Assembly (NCBI GenBank): GCA_963787125.1
Contig: CAWBBV010000016.1
Location: forward strand, 96,001 to 160,000
Source: an uncultured delta proteobacterium
GTDB lineage: Bacteria > Desulfobacterota > Desulfuromonadia > Geobacterales > DSM-12255
DNA: 64,000 nt
Direction: 5' to 3'
In this document: piece after piece, positions 9,842-23,400 of the stretch
Position numbering within the stretch: the stretch's first letter is position 1
Layout of the letters: the number at the start of each line of letters is the position of its first letter
Translations under genes and position numbers: made by a program
The notes under the pieces: model-generated
What the model saw: only the letters and a program-made list of their open reading frames with translations
What the model was told of the DNA's origin: nothing
Database searches by the model: none

Positions 9842-12800
9842 ATGAGCAGCTTGAATATGCGCTCCAAATCACTCGTTGCAGGGCTTATGATACTGGCGAC
9901 TGCAATCTTTTCCCCCCTGGCAACTGAGGCAGAGGCAGCCTTAGCCTGCTATAACTGCCACGGGACCAAAAGCACTCAGGATATCCGTCCCGAAGATGCT
10001 CCGTTCAGGAACAGTTCAAGCGGCGGTTTTCAGGGAAACCATAGAACTCATCTGGGTGATGGTGCAACAGCGCAGGCGTGCGCCAAATGCCACCCGGGCA
10101 GCGCCGCCTACACCTCTTCTCATCGGGACGGCTTGATCAAACTGGCCGCCAACATCAACAAATCCCCCCTTAACGCAGTCTACAAAAATACCACCTCGGC
10201 ATTCCCGCAAGCAGCAATTCACACCCTGGGCAACTGTGCCAATATCAACTGTCATTTTGAGAAATCCACACCGCAGTGGGGCTCCGCACCCCTCTCTGGT
10301 GTCGGCAACCAGGCATCTACCGGCGATTGCACTCTCTGTCACAGCGCACCGCCATTTAACGGGAAACATGAGGGAAAACACAGCGATTACTACGGCAACG
10401 GCACTACCGTCTGCAGCAGATGCCACCCTGATCACCGTAGTGAAGCAAAACCGTTTGCCCATGCCACCAGTGCCGGCCAGCGCCCCCTTGCCGTGCAGTT
10501 TACGACCTCGCCCAATTCGGGAGGGAGCTACATTAACGGCTCGGTCACCTATCCGGACTATCTCAGCCAGCTTTCCCCCCGCAACGGCACCTGCACCAAC
10601 TACTGTCATAGCGACGGCAACAAAGGTTCCGGCACCAGCCCTGGTCAGGCAACAATTGCCCTCTCCTGGTCTGATTCAAAAACGGCAAAATGTATTTCCT
10701 GTCACAAAGGGAGAACCGCCGAAGACAATACCGCCAGTAACTGCACGGCTATCGGCGGATCGTGGAATGCAACCCAAGGTCTCTGTTCACCTGACCTGAC
10801 CATGTCGTCCAACGGCCACCACCTGCTGGTAGGCCCGCAGTGGATCCGGAAATACCCTTGCTATTACTGCCATAACGCCACAGTCAGCACCGACAACGCC
10901 CTGGGAAACATCTCTTCTCTGGCTGTCCATGTAGACGGCAAACCTGATGTCGCCATTTACTCCAAGTGGAATATAGTCGGCCGGCCGGAGCCCAGTTACA
11001 ACAGGACTAAGAAAACCTGCGACAACATTTACTGTCATAGCGACGGGACGACAGACCCTGAACAGGTCAAGGAGTTTGCCTGGACCGACAAGGGGGCCAA
11101 ATGCAACACCTGTCACGGCCATCCGGTCGGCTCCTGCAGCACGGACGGCTGTCATGACGGCAAGCTGCACCCGGCCACCGCTATTGAGTCGGCAAAGGTC
11201 TGGCCGATTCTGACCGGCTGGGCGCCGGGCAAGGAGTGGATGGGGGCGATCCCCATGTTTCCCAACCAGGGCGTAGGGACAGCCAGGGCCAACTCCCACC
11301 CGCGCCATGTCCAGTCGGATTATGCCTGTGACGAATGCCACTATGCGACTATCAAGGCCAACGGCAACTGCCCCACCTGTCATGCCGGCGGTATTCCGCC
11401 CGGCGCCATGGGCGAAGTGTCTCACCTTAATGGCGACTTTCATGTCAACAAGATCAAGGATGTGCTTTTCAAACAGGGCGGGACCTACAATGCCGACAAA
11501 TCCTGCTCAGGCACCGCCTGCCACAAAGACGGGGTTGACCCGGTCTGGGGCGGGTCGGTCGGCGCTCAGGTCGTCTGCAAAAACTGTCATGGCACTACCG
11601 GCCCTGATCAGGACACTTCCATCACTACCGGTGGCAGTAATGCCAAAATCAATCTGACCGAGTGGGTGACATCCGGCCATGGCAGGTATTCCAGCTCCGG
11701 ACGTTATCCGGTGAGCAAGAACCCGGCAGCCAATTTCCCCGGCAACAACGCCTGCTGGTATTGTCATGACAACTCTATCTACCACAACGATCCCAACAAT
11801 GTTTTCCGCTTGCGCCAACATCAGCAGTTTGCGAAACGCTTTGAAGGCGAATGTGTTTACTGCCACATGACCCGCGCCCAGAGCGAGTGCCTTGCCTGCC
11901 ACAGCAACAGTGAATCCATGGCGCCCCAGCTTGTCAATTTCTCCGCTTCTCACAGGGCAACAGCTAAATGGCCGGACGGCACAGCCGTCATAAGACCCGA
12001 TCACCGCAACATGGAAAACGTCTCCTGCCTGACAGACCAGGGGGCAATCCAATGCCACTCCAGCGACCAGAAGACCCACAACACCGGCGCCGGCATCTGG
12101 AACGACGACCAGAAAGCTGACATCAAAAACCAGTACATGATGATGGGGGTCTGTCTCCAGTGCCATGATGACGACACCGGTGACAAGTGCGCCAGCTGTC
12201 ATGACTACAACAAGGATCCGGTAAAATATCCTCCTGCTAAATATTCGCTTGGTTTCAATGGCGGTTCCGGCCAGATCAAACCTAAAAAAGCGCGCGCCTC
12301 CTCGGTTCATTTCGGCTACAAACATTTCAATGACTTCAAAAACTCCGGCGGTTGGGGTAAAGACGCCAACGGCAAAACCCTGGGGGTCTGGAAAGGGGGC
12401 AAGTTCTGCTGGGACTGTCATGACCCCCATGGCGACAAAAACATTTATATGATCCACGATCAGGTGGCAACCTCCACTGACGGCCGCTTCGGTATCCCTT
12501 ATACACGAGCAGTAGTATCTTTCACCCGGACCCAGAGCGGCATCGACTATGCTAAAACTTCGGCCCCCTATAACGGCATCTGCAATGTCTGCCACTCACC
12601 GGAGAGCAAGCACTACCGGGCTGATGGCGGCGATGGCCACAATAGCGGCTCAAGGTGCACTATATGCCATGAACACCGCTTTACCGACAGTCATGCCAAT
12701 GAACAGCCGTGCAACAGCTGCCACCTGAACAAACCGGTGCCAAGACATTCGGCTTTCGGCCAGCCGCGGGACTGCACAAAATGCCATGCCCAGACCATCG

Positions 12801-14434
12801 GCAACCGCACTGATGTGATGAACAGTCAATTCGCCGGCAATTCTCATCATATCCAGGGGGTTGCTATCACCGCCCGGCAGTGCTACGCCTGCCACTGGGA
12901 AGCTACCCCGGAAGGGCTGATCGATGTCCGCTATCATAAAGGCTACAACTACCTCAACTATTCATCGACCCCGAATGCAGCGGTTGACCTGGTCATCTGG
13001 GGGGCCGGCATCCGGCCAACCGTTTACAAGCTTTATTCAACCGCCACCCAGTTTCTGGCAAATAATGTCAGCAGCGGCGTTATCCCTACGGAACGGGCTG
13101 AGGTTGCCAAAGTAACTCCGCACTGCATCAGTTGCCACAGCGACCAGAACAACAACACCCAGCCCTTTGGCGACTGCAAGACCCCCCGGCAATATGCCTG
13201 GGATAAACAGAGCATAGCGGCGCGCTACTCACAGACGGGGACTGCTCCCTGGGGCAAATCCCCGACTAATGGCAAAAGCGGCCTTACCAAAGCTTTTTCG
13301 GCGCACGGCAATGCTGTTGCCAATCAAGGTGGTTATAACAGCGCCACCGGAACCGATGCGACCATTAACAACAGCAGAAACGGTCTGTTTAACGTGCAGT
13401 GCTTTGACTGCCACAACTCCCACGGCACCCGGGTTGTCGGCACGACATCCAGTTATGTGACCTTTAACGGCACCAGAAACGGCGGCAACCTGAAGGAGAC
13501 CCAGGCCGGCAAGGGTGGCTATAAATACAATTACAAGGCCAAAGCCAACGCCGGCGACACGATCAACCCTTACAGGGAAGGGGGCGGCCAGTGCTTTGAC
13601 TGTCATATGAACGCTGCCCAAAACGCCAGTATCACCGGCATTGAAGGGTACAAGACCCCCTGGGGCTACCAGACCACCTTCGGAGCCTCCTCAAAAATAA
13701 TGGGGTATCTCGATTCACCTTCGTTTGGCCAGGCCAATACCGGCTACATGCTCCGCTACCCTTACAAAACAGTGCCGATTGCGGGCGGTCACCTGAAAGC
13801 GTCGACTCTCCTCAATCACTCAACCGGGACACAAAACAGGATCAACGGCCTCTGCACCCCCTGTCATGACCCCCATGGCGTCACCCCGACGCTCGGCTCC
13901 AAGCAGGATTTTGCCGTACCGCTCTTGAAAGGGACCTGGATGAGCTCACCCAATAAGGAAGACGTGGCAAATCCGGGCCAGGGCGGTGGGGCCCAATCCT
14001 ATGCAGATATTGGCGGCACCAGTGAAGATGTGGCCAAATTTGCCGGATTATGCGTCCGTTGCCACTCCAAGGGCAACTTGACCAACGGCGTCAACCATGA
14101 ATGGAAGAGCCAGGATCGCATCCACGAAGCGGTCAAAGGGTGGAAGAGCGCCAATGGAACTATCATGCACTCCTTTACCTGTTCCAAATGTCACGCGCCC
14201 CATACATCAGGGCTGAAAAAACTGATGATAACCAACTGCATGAATACCAGCCACCAGGGGCGGGTGACCGCAGGAACCCCGGTCCTCGAAGGGAGCGACT
14301 GCTGGACCTACAATAATGACGGCTCCCAGACAGAATGTTCACAAGGCAGCTTCCCGACCGGCGCCTATCAGCAAAACTGCCACCCGACCGGCTCCTGGCC
14401 GGACAACTCCTGGAACAGGGTGACGCCATGGTAA
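9842..14434 (+). CDS. Very large secreted multiheme c-type cytochrome (Geobacter CX4CH/CxxCH repeat type)
   Basis: Signal peptide (…EAEA); manual count of 27 CxxCH, 4 CX4CH, 1 CX3CH and 1 CX8CH motifs. Confidence 0.95.
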   Translation: MSSLNMRSKSLVAGLMILATAIFSPLATEAEAALACYNCHGTKSTQDIRPEDAPFRNSSSGGFQGNHRTHLGDGATAQACAKCHPGSAAYTSSHRDGLIKLAANINKSPLNAVYKNTTSAFPQAAIHTLGNCANINCHFEKSTPQWGSAPLSGVGNQASTGDCTLCHSAPPFNGKHEGKHSDYYGNGTTVCSRCHPDHRSEAKPFAHATSAGQRPLAVQFTTSPNSGGSYINGSVTYPDYLSQLSPRNGTCTNYCHSDGNKGSGTSPGQATIALSWSDSKTAKCISCHKGRTAEDNTASNCTAIGGSWNATQGLCSPDLTMSSNGHHLLVGPQWIRKYPCYYCHNATVSTDNALGNISSLAVHVDGKPDVAIYSKWNIVGRPEPSYNRTKKTCDNIYCHSDGTTDPEQVKEFAWTDKGAKCNTCHGHPVGSCSTDGCHDGKLHPATAIESAKVWPILTGWAPGKEWMGAIPMFPNQGVGTARANSHPRHVQSDYACDECHYATIKANGNCPTCHAGGIPPGAMGEVSHLNGDFHVNKIKDVLFKQGGTYNADKSCSGTACHKDGVDPVWGGSVGAQVVCKNCHGTTGPDQDTSITTGGSNAKINLTEWVTSGHGRYSSSGRYPVSKNPAANFPGNNACWYCHDNSIYHNDPNNVFRLRQHQQFAKRFEGECVYCHMTRAQSECLACHSNSESMAPQLVNFSASHRATAKWPDGTAVIRPDHRNMENVSCLTDQGAIQCHSSDQKTHNTGAGIWNDDQKADIKNQYMMMGVCLQCHDDDTGDKCASCHDYNKDPVKYPPAKYSLGFNGGSGQIKPKKARASSVHFGYKHFNDFKNSGGWGKDANGKTLGVWKGGKFCWDCHDPHGDKNIYMIHDQVATSTDGRFGIPYTRAVVSFTRTQSGIDYAKTSAPYNGICNVCHSPESKHYRADGGDGHNSGSRCTICHEHRFTDSHANEQPCNSCHLNKPVPRHSAFGQPRDCTKCHAQTIGNRTDVMNSQFAGNSHHIQGVAITARQCYACHWEATPEGLIDVRYHKGYNYLNYSSTPNAAVDLVIWGAGIRPTVYKLYSTATQFLANNVSSGVIPTERAEVAKVTPHCISCHSDQNNNTQPFGDCKTPRQYAWDKQSIAARYSQTGTAPWGKSPTNGKSGLTKAFSAHGNAVANQGGYNSATGTDATINNSRNGLFNVQCFDCHNSHGTRVVGTTSSYVTFNGTRNGGNLKETQAGKGGYKYNYKAKANAGDTINPYREGGGQCFDCHMNAAQNASITGIEGYKTPWGYQTTFGASSKIMGYLDSPSFGQANTGYMLRYPYKTVPIAGGHLKASTLLNHSTGTQNRINGLCTPCHDPHGVTPTLGSKQDFAVPLLKGTWMSSPNKEDVANPGQGGGAQSYADIGGTSEDVAKFAGLCVRCHSKGNLTNGVNHEWKSQDRIHEAVKGWKSANGTIMHSFTCSKCHAPHTSGLKKLMITNCMNTSHQGRVTAGTPVLEGSDCWTYNNDGSQTECSQGSFPTGAYQQNCHPTGSWPDNSWNRVTPW

Positions 14435-14475
14435 ACGCTCTGAAGCGCTTGACGCCAGCAACCGGAGGAACGATC

Positions 14476-17400
14476 ATGAGAGACAACGGCATTGTCGCCA
14501 TGTTCCGGCTTTTACGCACCAGGCACCTTATGGCTCCGGCTCTCTTCCTGGGCTGCCTTGTGCTGCATTTTTCTGCGTCTTCAGCCTGTGCCGGCGGCGG
14601 CGACATCCTCTGGCAGCGGGCAGACACCCAGGCCGGCAAGCAGCAGGCGACCGCCTCGGCATATGATTCTTCGGGCAATGTAATCGTTACCGGTTACCGC
14701 AATCTTACCGGCAGCACCAATGATGATTATTACACGGTCAAGTTCAAGGCTGACGGCAGCGGCGTACTCTGGAGTGCGGCTTACGACAGGTCCGGCGGAT
14801 CAGACCAGAGTAACGACGTAACGGTGGACACCAATAATGACGTCATTGTTACCGGAACTATCTGGAACGGCATAAACCTCGATATTCATACGATCAAATA
14901 CTGCGGAACAACCGGCTCCAGCTCCTGCGGCGGTAAAAACGGCGGCGAAGTTCTCTGGGAACAGACCTTTAATGGCGCTGCCAACGGCAATGACGCCGCT
15001 GCAGTGATGAGCGTTGACCCCGCTAACAATGTCTACGTCGGCGGCTACTCCCAGAACAGCTCCGGCAAGGAGGATTATCTCCTCCTGAAGTATCCGGCCG
15101 CAGGCGGCGCGCCGCTTTGGCAAGCCCGTTACAGCGGTCCGGCCGGATACCCGGGGGTCAACAAGATTACGGCCATGGCGGCCGGTGCCAGCGGGGTTGC
15201 TGTTACCGGCCAGTCGTGGAACGGCACGGTCTTTGAGTGCGCCACCATCAAATATGACCTTCAGGGAAACCCTCTCTGGCCCCAGGTAAAACGCTACACC
15301 GACGGGCCCTATCCATGTTTTGGCAAAGTGCTGAAAATGGATGCCGCCGGCAATGTCATCATTGCGGCTTCAGCCTCGAACGGTCTTGATCTCGACATCT
15401 ACCTGGCAAAGTACGCGGCTGCCAGTGGTTCTCAATTGTGGGCTGCGACCTTTGATGGCCGTGAAAGTGACGAACCGAAAGGAATGGTGATAGCTGCGGA
15501 CGGAGATGTCTACATAACCGGCTATTCGTCGACCCAGAGCGGCCATTATGATTTCTATACTGCCAAACATGACGGCGCAAGCGGCAACACCATCTGGCGA
15601 AACATCTTCGATTCAGGCAATGGCAGAACCGACATAACCGCCGAATCCGATGCGATTGTCCTTGACGCTGCCGGCGGGGCGGTATTTGTCACAGGGTATA
15701 CAATAACCGGTGGGATCTCGTCCTTTGAAACCCTCAAATACAGGGCAGACAATGGCGAAAATATCTGGCAGCGCCTCTTAAATGGCGTGGAAGGTAAAAA
15801 CAGCCGCCCGGTCGGACTGGGCCTCGCCTCTGGCGGTGACCTGCTGATCGCCGGCTGGGCTGATACCGCAGCAAGCAGTCTGGATTATGTGGCTGTCAAG
15901 TATGACAGAGGAGTTTTAAATCCGCCGACCGGGCTGACTGTGCAGACACTCTCCAGCACGAGCATCAAGCTGACCTGGTCTGACAACTCTCTTAACGAAG
16001 ATGGTTTCAGGATCGAACGGTGCAAACTGTTTAACTGTTCCGACTTCGAGGTAATAAAAACCGAAGGCGCCGGAGTTACAACCTATACAGACATTTTAAC
16101 TTCCAATGACAAGGACAGCTATTTTTCCTACCGGGTGAAAGCCTTTATTGGAGAGACCTCCTCCCAGTACACCAATGTCGCCCAGACCCTGACGACAAGC
16201 GTGACGGCTGCCCCGCCAGCCTGGGCGTACAGCTACAACGGCCTTGCCGATAGTGATGATTATGCCGCGGCCATTGCTGTCGGCCCGGATAACAATCCGG
16301 TTGTCACCGGGGCCAGCCACGATTTTTTCCCCGGCTATACCATGGGAAACCTGACCTGGGATTACCTGACCATCAAGCTTGACAGGAATACCAATACTCC
16401 CCTCTGGTCTGAACGCTATGATGATCCCACCAGCGCATCGGACATATCCACCTGTGTTGCCGTTGACAGCGCCAATATTGCCACTGTTTCCGGTTATGCC
16501 ACCCTTAACATCAGTAACGTTGATGTCAATTCGCTTTTCACCCTCCGCTACAAAGCCCCGGCAGCTTCTCCCCAGGCGCTCACCGCCGACCAGTATAACG
16601 GTCCGGGAGCGACTGACGACCGCGCAGTGGCTATCGCCACAGCCGTAGATGCCTCCGACAATGTGGCGGTAGTCGGCTTCGGCAAGAATCCCAGCGGCAA
16701 CGATGATATCTACCTGCTGAAATACAGCGCCGCCGGTGTCCGCCTCTGGGACACCACCCCCTTTGACAACGGCGGGGACGACATCCCTGCGGCAGTCGCC
16801 TTCGCACCGGACGGGAGCATCTACGTAACCGGCTACAGTGAAAAAACTCCCCGCACCGAGCCGCGCACCTACAATTTTTACACCGCAAGACATAATGGCG
16901 CCAACGGCAATCTTATCTGGCGCGAACTCTATAGCGCCGCCCCCCCAGCCGGAGATAACAAGGCTTTCAGTCTGGCGGTTGATGCCGGCGGCGATCTGTA
17001 TGTCAGCGGCTACGCAACCAATGCCGCGGGCAACAAGGATTTTTATACCATCAAATACAAAGGGGCAAACACCACGGCGCTGAGACTCTGGGAACGCCCG
17101 GTTGACGGGCCGGGGCATGGTGATGACAATGCAGTAGGGGTGAGCGTTGATCCGATTGACGGCAACATCATCGTTGCCGGTAGCAGCAAAAGTGAAGCCG
17201 GCGACATGGATTATCGCGTCATCCGCTACACCCCGGCAGGAGATACGGTCTGGGACAAGAGTTACCAGAAACCGGGCAGCTCTGAAGAGGCCGGCGCCAT
17301 GGCCATCGATTCCAACGGCACCGCTTACCTTACCGGTGACAGCTATAACGGCACAACGCGCAGCAGTCTGACCGTCGCCTTCAATTACCTCAAAGGGGAT

Positions 17401-20400
17401 ATTGTCAGCGCTATCCTGTATAACGCCAACGGCAACAACTCCTCCACGGGGGCGATAGCAACAAACTCCGTCGATGAGGCCTTTGCCGCCGGGTATACTA
17501 CCAAGAGTGACGGCACTACCGATCTGCTTGTTTACAAGATCGCACCGGCCATCCCGTCGGCCCCTGCCCCTCTGCGGGCTGCCACGGCGACTATTACCTC
17601 GGCGACACTTGCCTGGCCCGGCAGATCAACAGGCAAGGACGGTTACACCCTGCAGCGCAAGTTCGGCGACTGCTCGGACACCAATCCTAATCCGTGGGGC
17701 GCTGCCATCCCGCTGGCGGCGGCTGCGACCACCTATGCCGACATAAATCTTATCCCCGGCGCTGCCTACTGTTACCGCCTGCAGTCATTCAGAAGCAGCG
17801 ATGCGACAGTTTCCCGCTGGAATCAGCTTAATGTGACACTTCCAGCCGTCACCGCTCCTGCCGGGCTGACAGCCACGGCAGCAACAAGCACCCAGGTAAA
17901 CCTGAACTGGAGCGACACGTCCCTTGGTGAAACCGGCTTCAGAGTCGAGCGCTGTGCGCTGGCAACCTGCGCTGACGCCGATTTCATCCAGACCGGCGCC
18001 ATCAGGCCGGCAAACTCAAACGGCTTCAATGACAGCGACGTCTGCGCCGCAACCGCCTACACGTACCGCGTCATAGCCGTCGGCACCGGCTGGGAATCTA
18101 CGCCTTCAAACATCTTCACCGCCCCTGCCACCCCGGCAGCTGCCGTTCCGGTTCTTACGGCGGCCAGAGCTTCCGAAACAGCGGTCAGCCTGACCTGGAC
18201 CGACAGCAATAGCGATCAGAGCGGCTACAACCTTGAGCGCAGTCTCGACGGCACCAATTATACGCCGCTTGCCACCGGGCTTGCAGCCGCCTTGCGCGCT
18301 TACAGCGACACAAGCGCCACTCCGGGGGTCGCCAATTACTATCGACTGACCGCCTACAAGAGTGCGACCTGCGGCTGGAGTTCGCCGAGCCTCCCCAAAA
18401 GCGCAGTCACTACCATTCTTGAACCGACCGGCGTTACCGCTACGGCAAACAGCACCACCCAGATTACACTTGCCTGGACAGACCGGACAACAAGCGAGAC
18501 CGGCTTCAAAATCCTGCGCTGCAGCGGCAGCGGCTGCACTCCGGGAGAACCGCCGCTGTTCACGACAGCAGCCAACGTCACTGTCTATAGCGACACTGCA
18601 GTCACTGAAAACACCGTTTACAACTACCAGATAGTTGCCACGAACAGCGTGCTACCCTGGAACAGCCTGGCGAGCACAAAAGTGGAACGCGCCACCCCCG
18701 CAGCGACAGCCCCGCAACTCCTTGCCGTGACCCGCATCTCTGAAGCACAGCTTAATATCTCCTGGAGCGACACCAATAGCGACCGGAGCGGCTTGCGGCT
18801 CTGGCGCTGTGCCGGGCAGGGCTGTTCCGTCTTTGCCCAGCTGGGCGGCGTCATAACCGCCCCCCTTAGCTTCAGTGACAGCGGCCTTTTGCCGAACACC
18901 AGTTACAGCTATTACGTGGAGAGTTTCAAGACGGTCACGACCGAGCAGTGGGCAAAACAGAGCGGTCAGCTGTCAGCAACAACAACTTTACTGGAGCCGA
19001 ACAGTTTTACGGCCACGGTCAACAGTACAACCCAGGTGACTCTCGGCTGGGCTGACAGGACTGCCAGCGAAACCGGCTTTGAAATCTGGCGCTGCGCCAA
19101 TCCCCCCTGCACAGCCAGCCTGCTGGCGACAGTCGGCACGAATGTAACTTCATACCCTGATACAGCCGCCTGTTACGGGACAGTATACATGTATCAGGTC
19201 ATGGCAACGAATAGCCAGACCCCCTGGTACAGCAGCGCTGTTTCACTGTCTGCCGGCGTTACCCTGCCGACACCGGCCCCGCCGGAATACTTTACCCTGA
19301 CACAACTGACTGAATCGTCAGTCCGACTCGACTGGAATGATCCGAACAGCGATGAGAGCGGCTACAAAGTGGAGCGCTGCACGGGGACCAGCACCTATTG
19401 CGGTGATGACGATGCCAAATTCACCGTCACCTACCCTTTGCCGGCCAACACGATAACCTATACAAACAGCGGGCTTGCCCCGAACAACAGCTATACGTAT
19501 CGTCTCCGGGCGTACAAGAGCGCCGACTGTCCCTGGAGCCTGGTGAGCGGCACCCAGAGCATCACCGCTACTGTTCCGGCGCCGACCGGTCTGACCCTCC
19601 AGGCGCTTTCGTCTACCGGTATCAAACTGACCTGGGCCAATACAACCCTTACGGAAACCGGTTTTGTGGTTGAACGCTGCAGCGGCGGCAGTTGCAGCGA
19701 CTTTTCAGTTCTGACCGCGTCATCTTCCATCGCTCCCCACGGGACAACCTTTACCGACTCCTCGGCTTGCAGCGGCACAGCCTACAGCTACCGGATCAAA
19801 GCCAAAAACGCCGGCCTCGGCTGGGAAAGCGGCTACAGCACGACCGTAACCATTGCAACCCCACACCCGTCACTTTCATACCCCAATCTTCTCCTTGATC
19901 CAAACTTTGAAGATGCCGCCAGTGGCTGGTCGGCCGCGCCTGATGGCGGCTCAGCGCTCGGCGCAGGCATCGATACGGCTCTTTTCTTCAATGGCGGCAA
20001 AAGCCTCAAGGTAGTCGGCGACGTGACAGAGGTTATGGGGAGAGCTCAGACTGTAGCCGTTGCCGCCGGCCAGCAGTACGTCCTCTCCGCTTATGTCAAT
20101 TCCACTCTGACCGCCGGAGCGGCCGGCTGTAATGTTTATGGCAGCGGCATTACGTCCGACCCCGGTTTCAGCCTTGAAGCAAATGACCCCCGTAATAACA
20201 GCTGGGTAAACCTCAATGAAGTGGTCACCATCCCGGCCGGAACAACCACGGTCTCCGTCCGGTGCGTCACGGCAGCCGGCTCCGTCGGTACGGTCAACTT
20301 CGATGCCCTCAGTTTCAACAAAGCTTTCACCGTCACCCCCGCTACCATTAATGAAGCAAAAATCAGCCTTTCATGGCCGAACGTCAGCACCGATGAAAGC

Positions 20401-23400
20401 GGTTACCGGATATTGAAATGCTCTGGCGGGGTCTGCACCCAGACCGGCCAGGTCGGCGCGGATGTCCTGACTTATACCGACAGCACCCTGACCCCTCCCG
20501 GGGCGGCAAACAACTATCAGGTGCAGGCCTACAAGAGCGCCACCTGCGGTTGGGTCTTCCCTGTCAGCAGCATCACCACGGCGACCACCATGGCAATAGC
20601 TCCAGCGCCTGGCAGTCTGACCGCAACAGCCAACAATACTACCCAGATCACTCTCTCCTGGCTCAATAACAGCTCCTCCGAGACCGGCATAGTTATTGAG
20701 CGCTGCCAGGGGGCCGCTTGCACCTTTGACGGTTCCGTTCTGACAACAACCGGTGCAGGCATAACAACCTACGTTGATACAGCAGTAGCCAACGGAATCA
20801 GTTACAGCTACCGGGTAAAGGCGGTTAACAGTGCGCTTTCCTGGGCATCGGCATACAGCGCTACGGTAACCCGCGCCACTCCGGCAGCAGCAGCGGCAGT
20901 TCTGGCTCCCCCTGTAGCGGTTTCCGACACCCGCATCGATCTTTCCTGGTCAGACCCGAACAGTGATGAGTCAAGCTATCTTGTCGTGCGCGATAATGTT
21001 GTCATCGCCACCAGGCCGGCAAACAGCACCAGCTATACAGACAGCAGTGTCATCGCCGGCAACAGCTATACCTACTTGATCAGAGCCGTTAGAACCGCCA
21101 CCAACAGCTGGAGCGTTGACAGTAACAGCCGAACGGTTGCCCCTTCCACCCCTCCCCCGGCCAGCCTGACCATAGCGGTTGTCAGCTCAACCCAGCTGAA
21201 TCTATCCTGGGTAAACAGCACCACTACAGAAACTGAAGTCAGGGTTGAACGCTGCCAGAACGCCGGTTGCAGCAGTTTTACCCAGATCGCCGTACTAGCC
21301 AAAGCCCAGCCTGATACCAGCTATATTGACACCGCTGTTGTGCCGGGCGTCACTTATCGCTATCAGCTAATGGCAGCCAACACGACCATAAACTGGACGT
21401 CCGCATACAGCACTACCGCTACCGCTACGGCTACCCCCCTGACTGTGCCTGGTGCCACGACAGCAGCAAGGGTCTCAGAAACGCAGATCAATCTTTCCTG
21501 GAGCGCTACTGGCGGCGTCAGTGGCTATAACATCTATTACTGCAGCGGCGCTGGCTGCACGCCGACGATCCTGGCAGCGACCCTTGCAAGCGCTGCCACA
21601 ACAACCTTTCAGCATCCGGGTCTGGCGGTAAACACAACCTACCGCTACGCAAGAACGTCCTACAAAAGCGGCACCACAGGCTGTCCGGACAGCACCACCT
21701 GCCAGAGCACTCAAAGCGTGGCCACTGCCAACACCCTGACCACTCTTACCGCACCGTCAGCACTCTCCGCCACGGCCGTAAACTCAACCAGTGTGCGGCT
21801 GCAATGGACGAACACCACTGTTTCGGAGAGCGGTTTTGTTATTGAACGCTGCACCCCTGCCGGAGCCTGCACTTTTGCTGAAATCCCCAATACAGCAGCA
21901 GCGCAGGATAGTTTCTGGATCGATGCCACGGTTGCCAAAACCACCAGCTACCAGTACCGCATCAAGGCTGCCAATCCGGCCTGGACAACGAGCGCCACCC
22001 CCGGGTTCACCCCTTACAGCAACAGTGCAACTGCTACCACTCCGGATGCCGGCCCGCCGTATCCGCTGACAGCGGTAACCGGCACCAATAAAATCACCCT
22101 GACCTGGGGGGACAACTGCTCTGCCGGCACCCAGGAAGAGGGCTTTAACCTGCTCCGCTGCAGCGGCAGCGGCTGTGACCCGGCAACGGATCCGGCAAAG
22201 ATTGTTACGGCGTATCCAGGGGCGAACGCCACCAGCTCGGTCAGCAAAACCGATATGACTGTCTGCAGCAATCAAGCCTACGAATACAAAGTTCAGGCCT
22301 ACAACAACAGCAATCATCTCTGCGACTTTGCCAGCAGCAGCTTGGCGCTGACCACGGCAACTCCGGCAAATCCCCAGCTGCTGGCTGTCACCAGGGTGAA
22401 TGAAATCAAGCTGACCCTGACCTGGACGGACACCACTCTCGATACGGCAAGTTATGACATCTATCGCTGCTTTGGCAACAGTTGCAGCGATTTTGTCAAG
22501 ATCGGCTCAAAGTCGGGCACGCCCCTTTCCTACGACGACACCACCATCCTGCCCGGGGCTACCTACAGCTATCAGATTCGCGGCAACGGCGTTACGGTAA
22601 GCGGCTGCGGCCAGCCGTGGCAGACTGCCAGCAACAGCATCAGCCAGGTTGCCAATATCAATGCCCCCGCTTCATTATCAGCAACGGCTGTCAACATGAA
22701 CCGGATCGACCTTGCCTGGGCAGACAGCGACACAACAACTGCCGGCTGGAAGATCGAGCGCTGCACCGGCTCCGGCTGCACTGATTTTACCGAACTGGCT
22801 GTTCTCTCAACAAAGTCACCATTCAGCTATGCAGATACAAGCGTCGCTGCCGGGACAACCTACCAGTACCGGCTCAGAGCGACCGGAACGACAATAGTTT
22901 CCGGCAACAGCTACTACTGGGTATCAGATTACAGCGCAACTGCTGCTGCAGCCACAATCCTGCCGCTCGCGCCATCAGCCCTCACTGCCGCCATGATCTC
23001 CTCCTCACAGGTAAATCTTGCCTGGAACGCCAGCAGCACCAGCGATCTGAGCGGCTACGCCCTTGAGCGCTGCAGCGGCGCAGGTTGCATGGACTTTACC
23101 CAGATTGCCACAGTCACTCCAGTGACCGCTACCAGCTATGCAGATACCGGCATTGCCCCTTCCACTACCTTCAGATACCGGCTCAGAGGGTACAAGACTG
23201 CCGGTGGGGTCTATAGCAGCTACAGCAACATTGCTGAAACCGTCACGCTCATGGGTGCCCCCTGGTCGCTGACAGCCAGGGCCATCGGTTCCCACGCGGT
23301 AAAACTTTCCTGGAATGAAATATTCCCCGGTCAAGACAGCGTTACGGTGCTGGTACAGATCTGGAACGGCGAGTGGGTGCAGCTGGCTAACATTGCCGGC

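Noticed and set aside
14335..14475. ORF-track start at 14335 for the giant protein
   Set aside because: It overlaps the cytochrome by 100 bp; ATG 14476 has a GGAGGA RBS. ATG 14428 remains possible.
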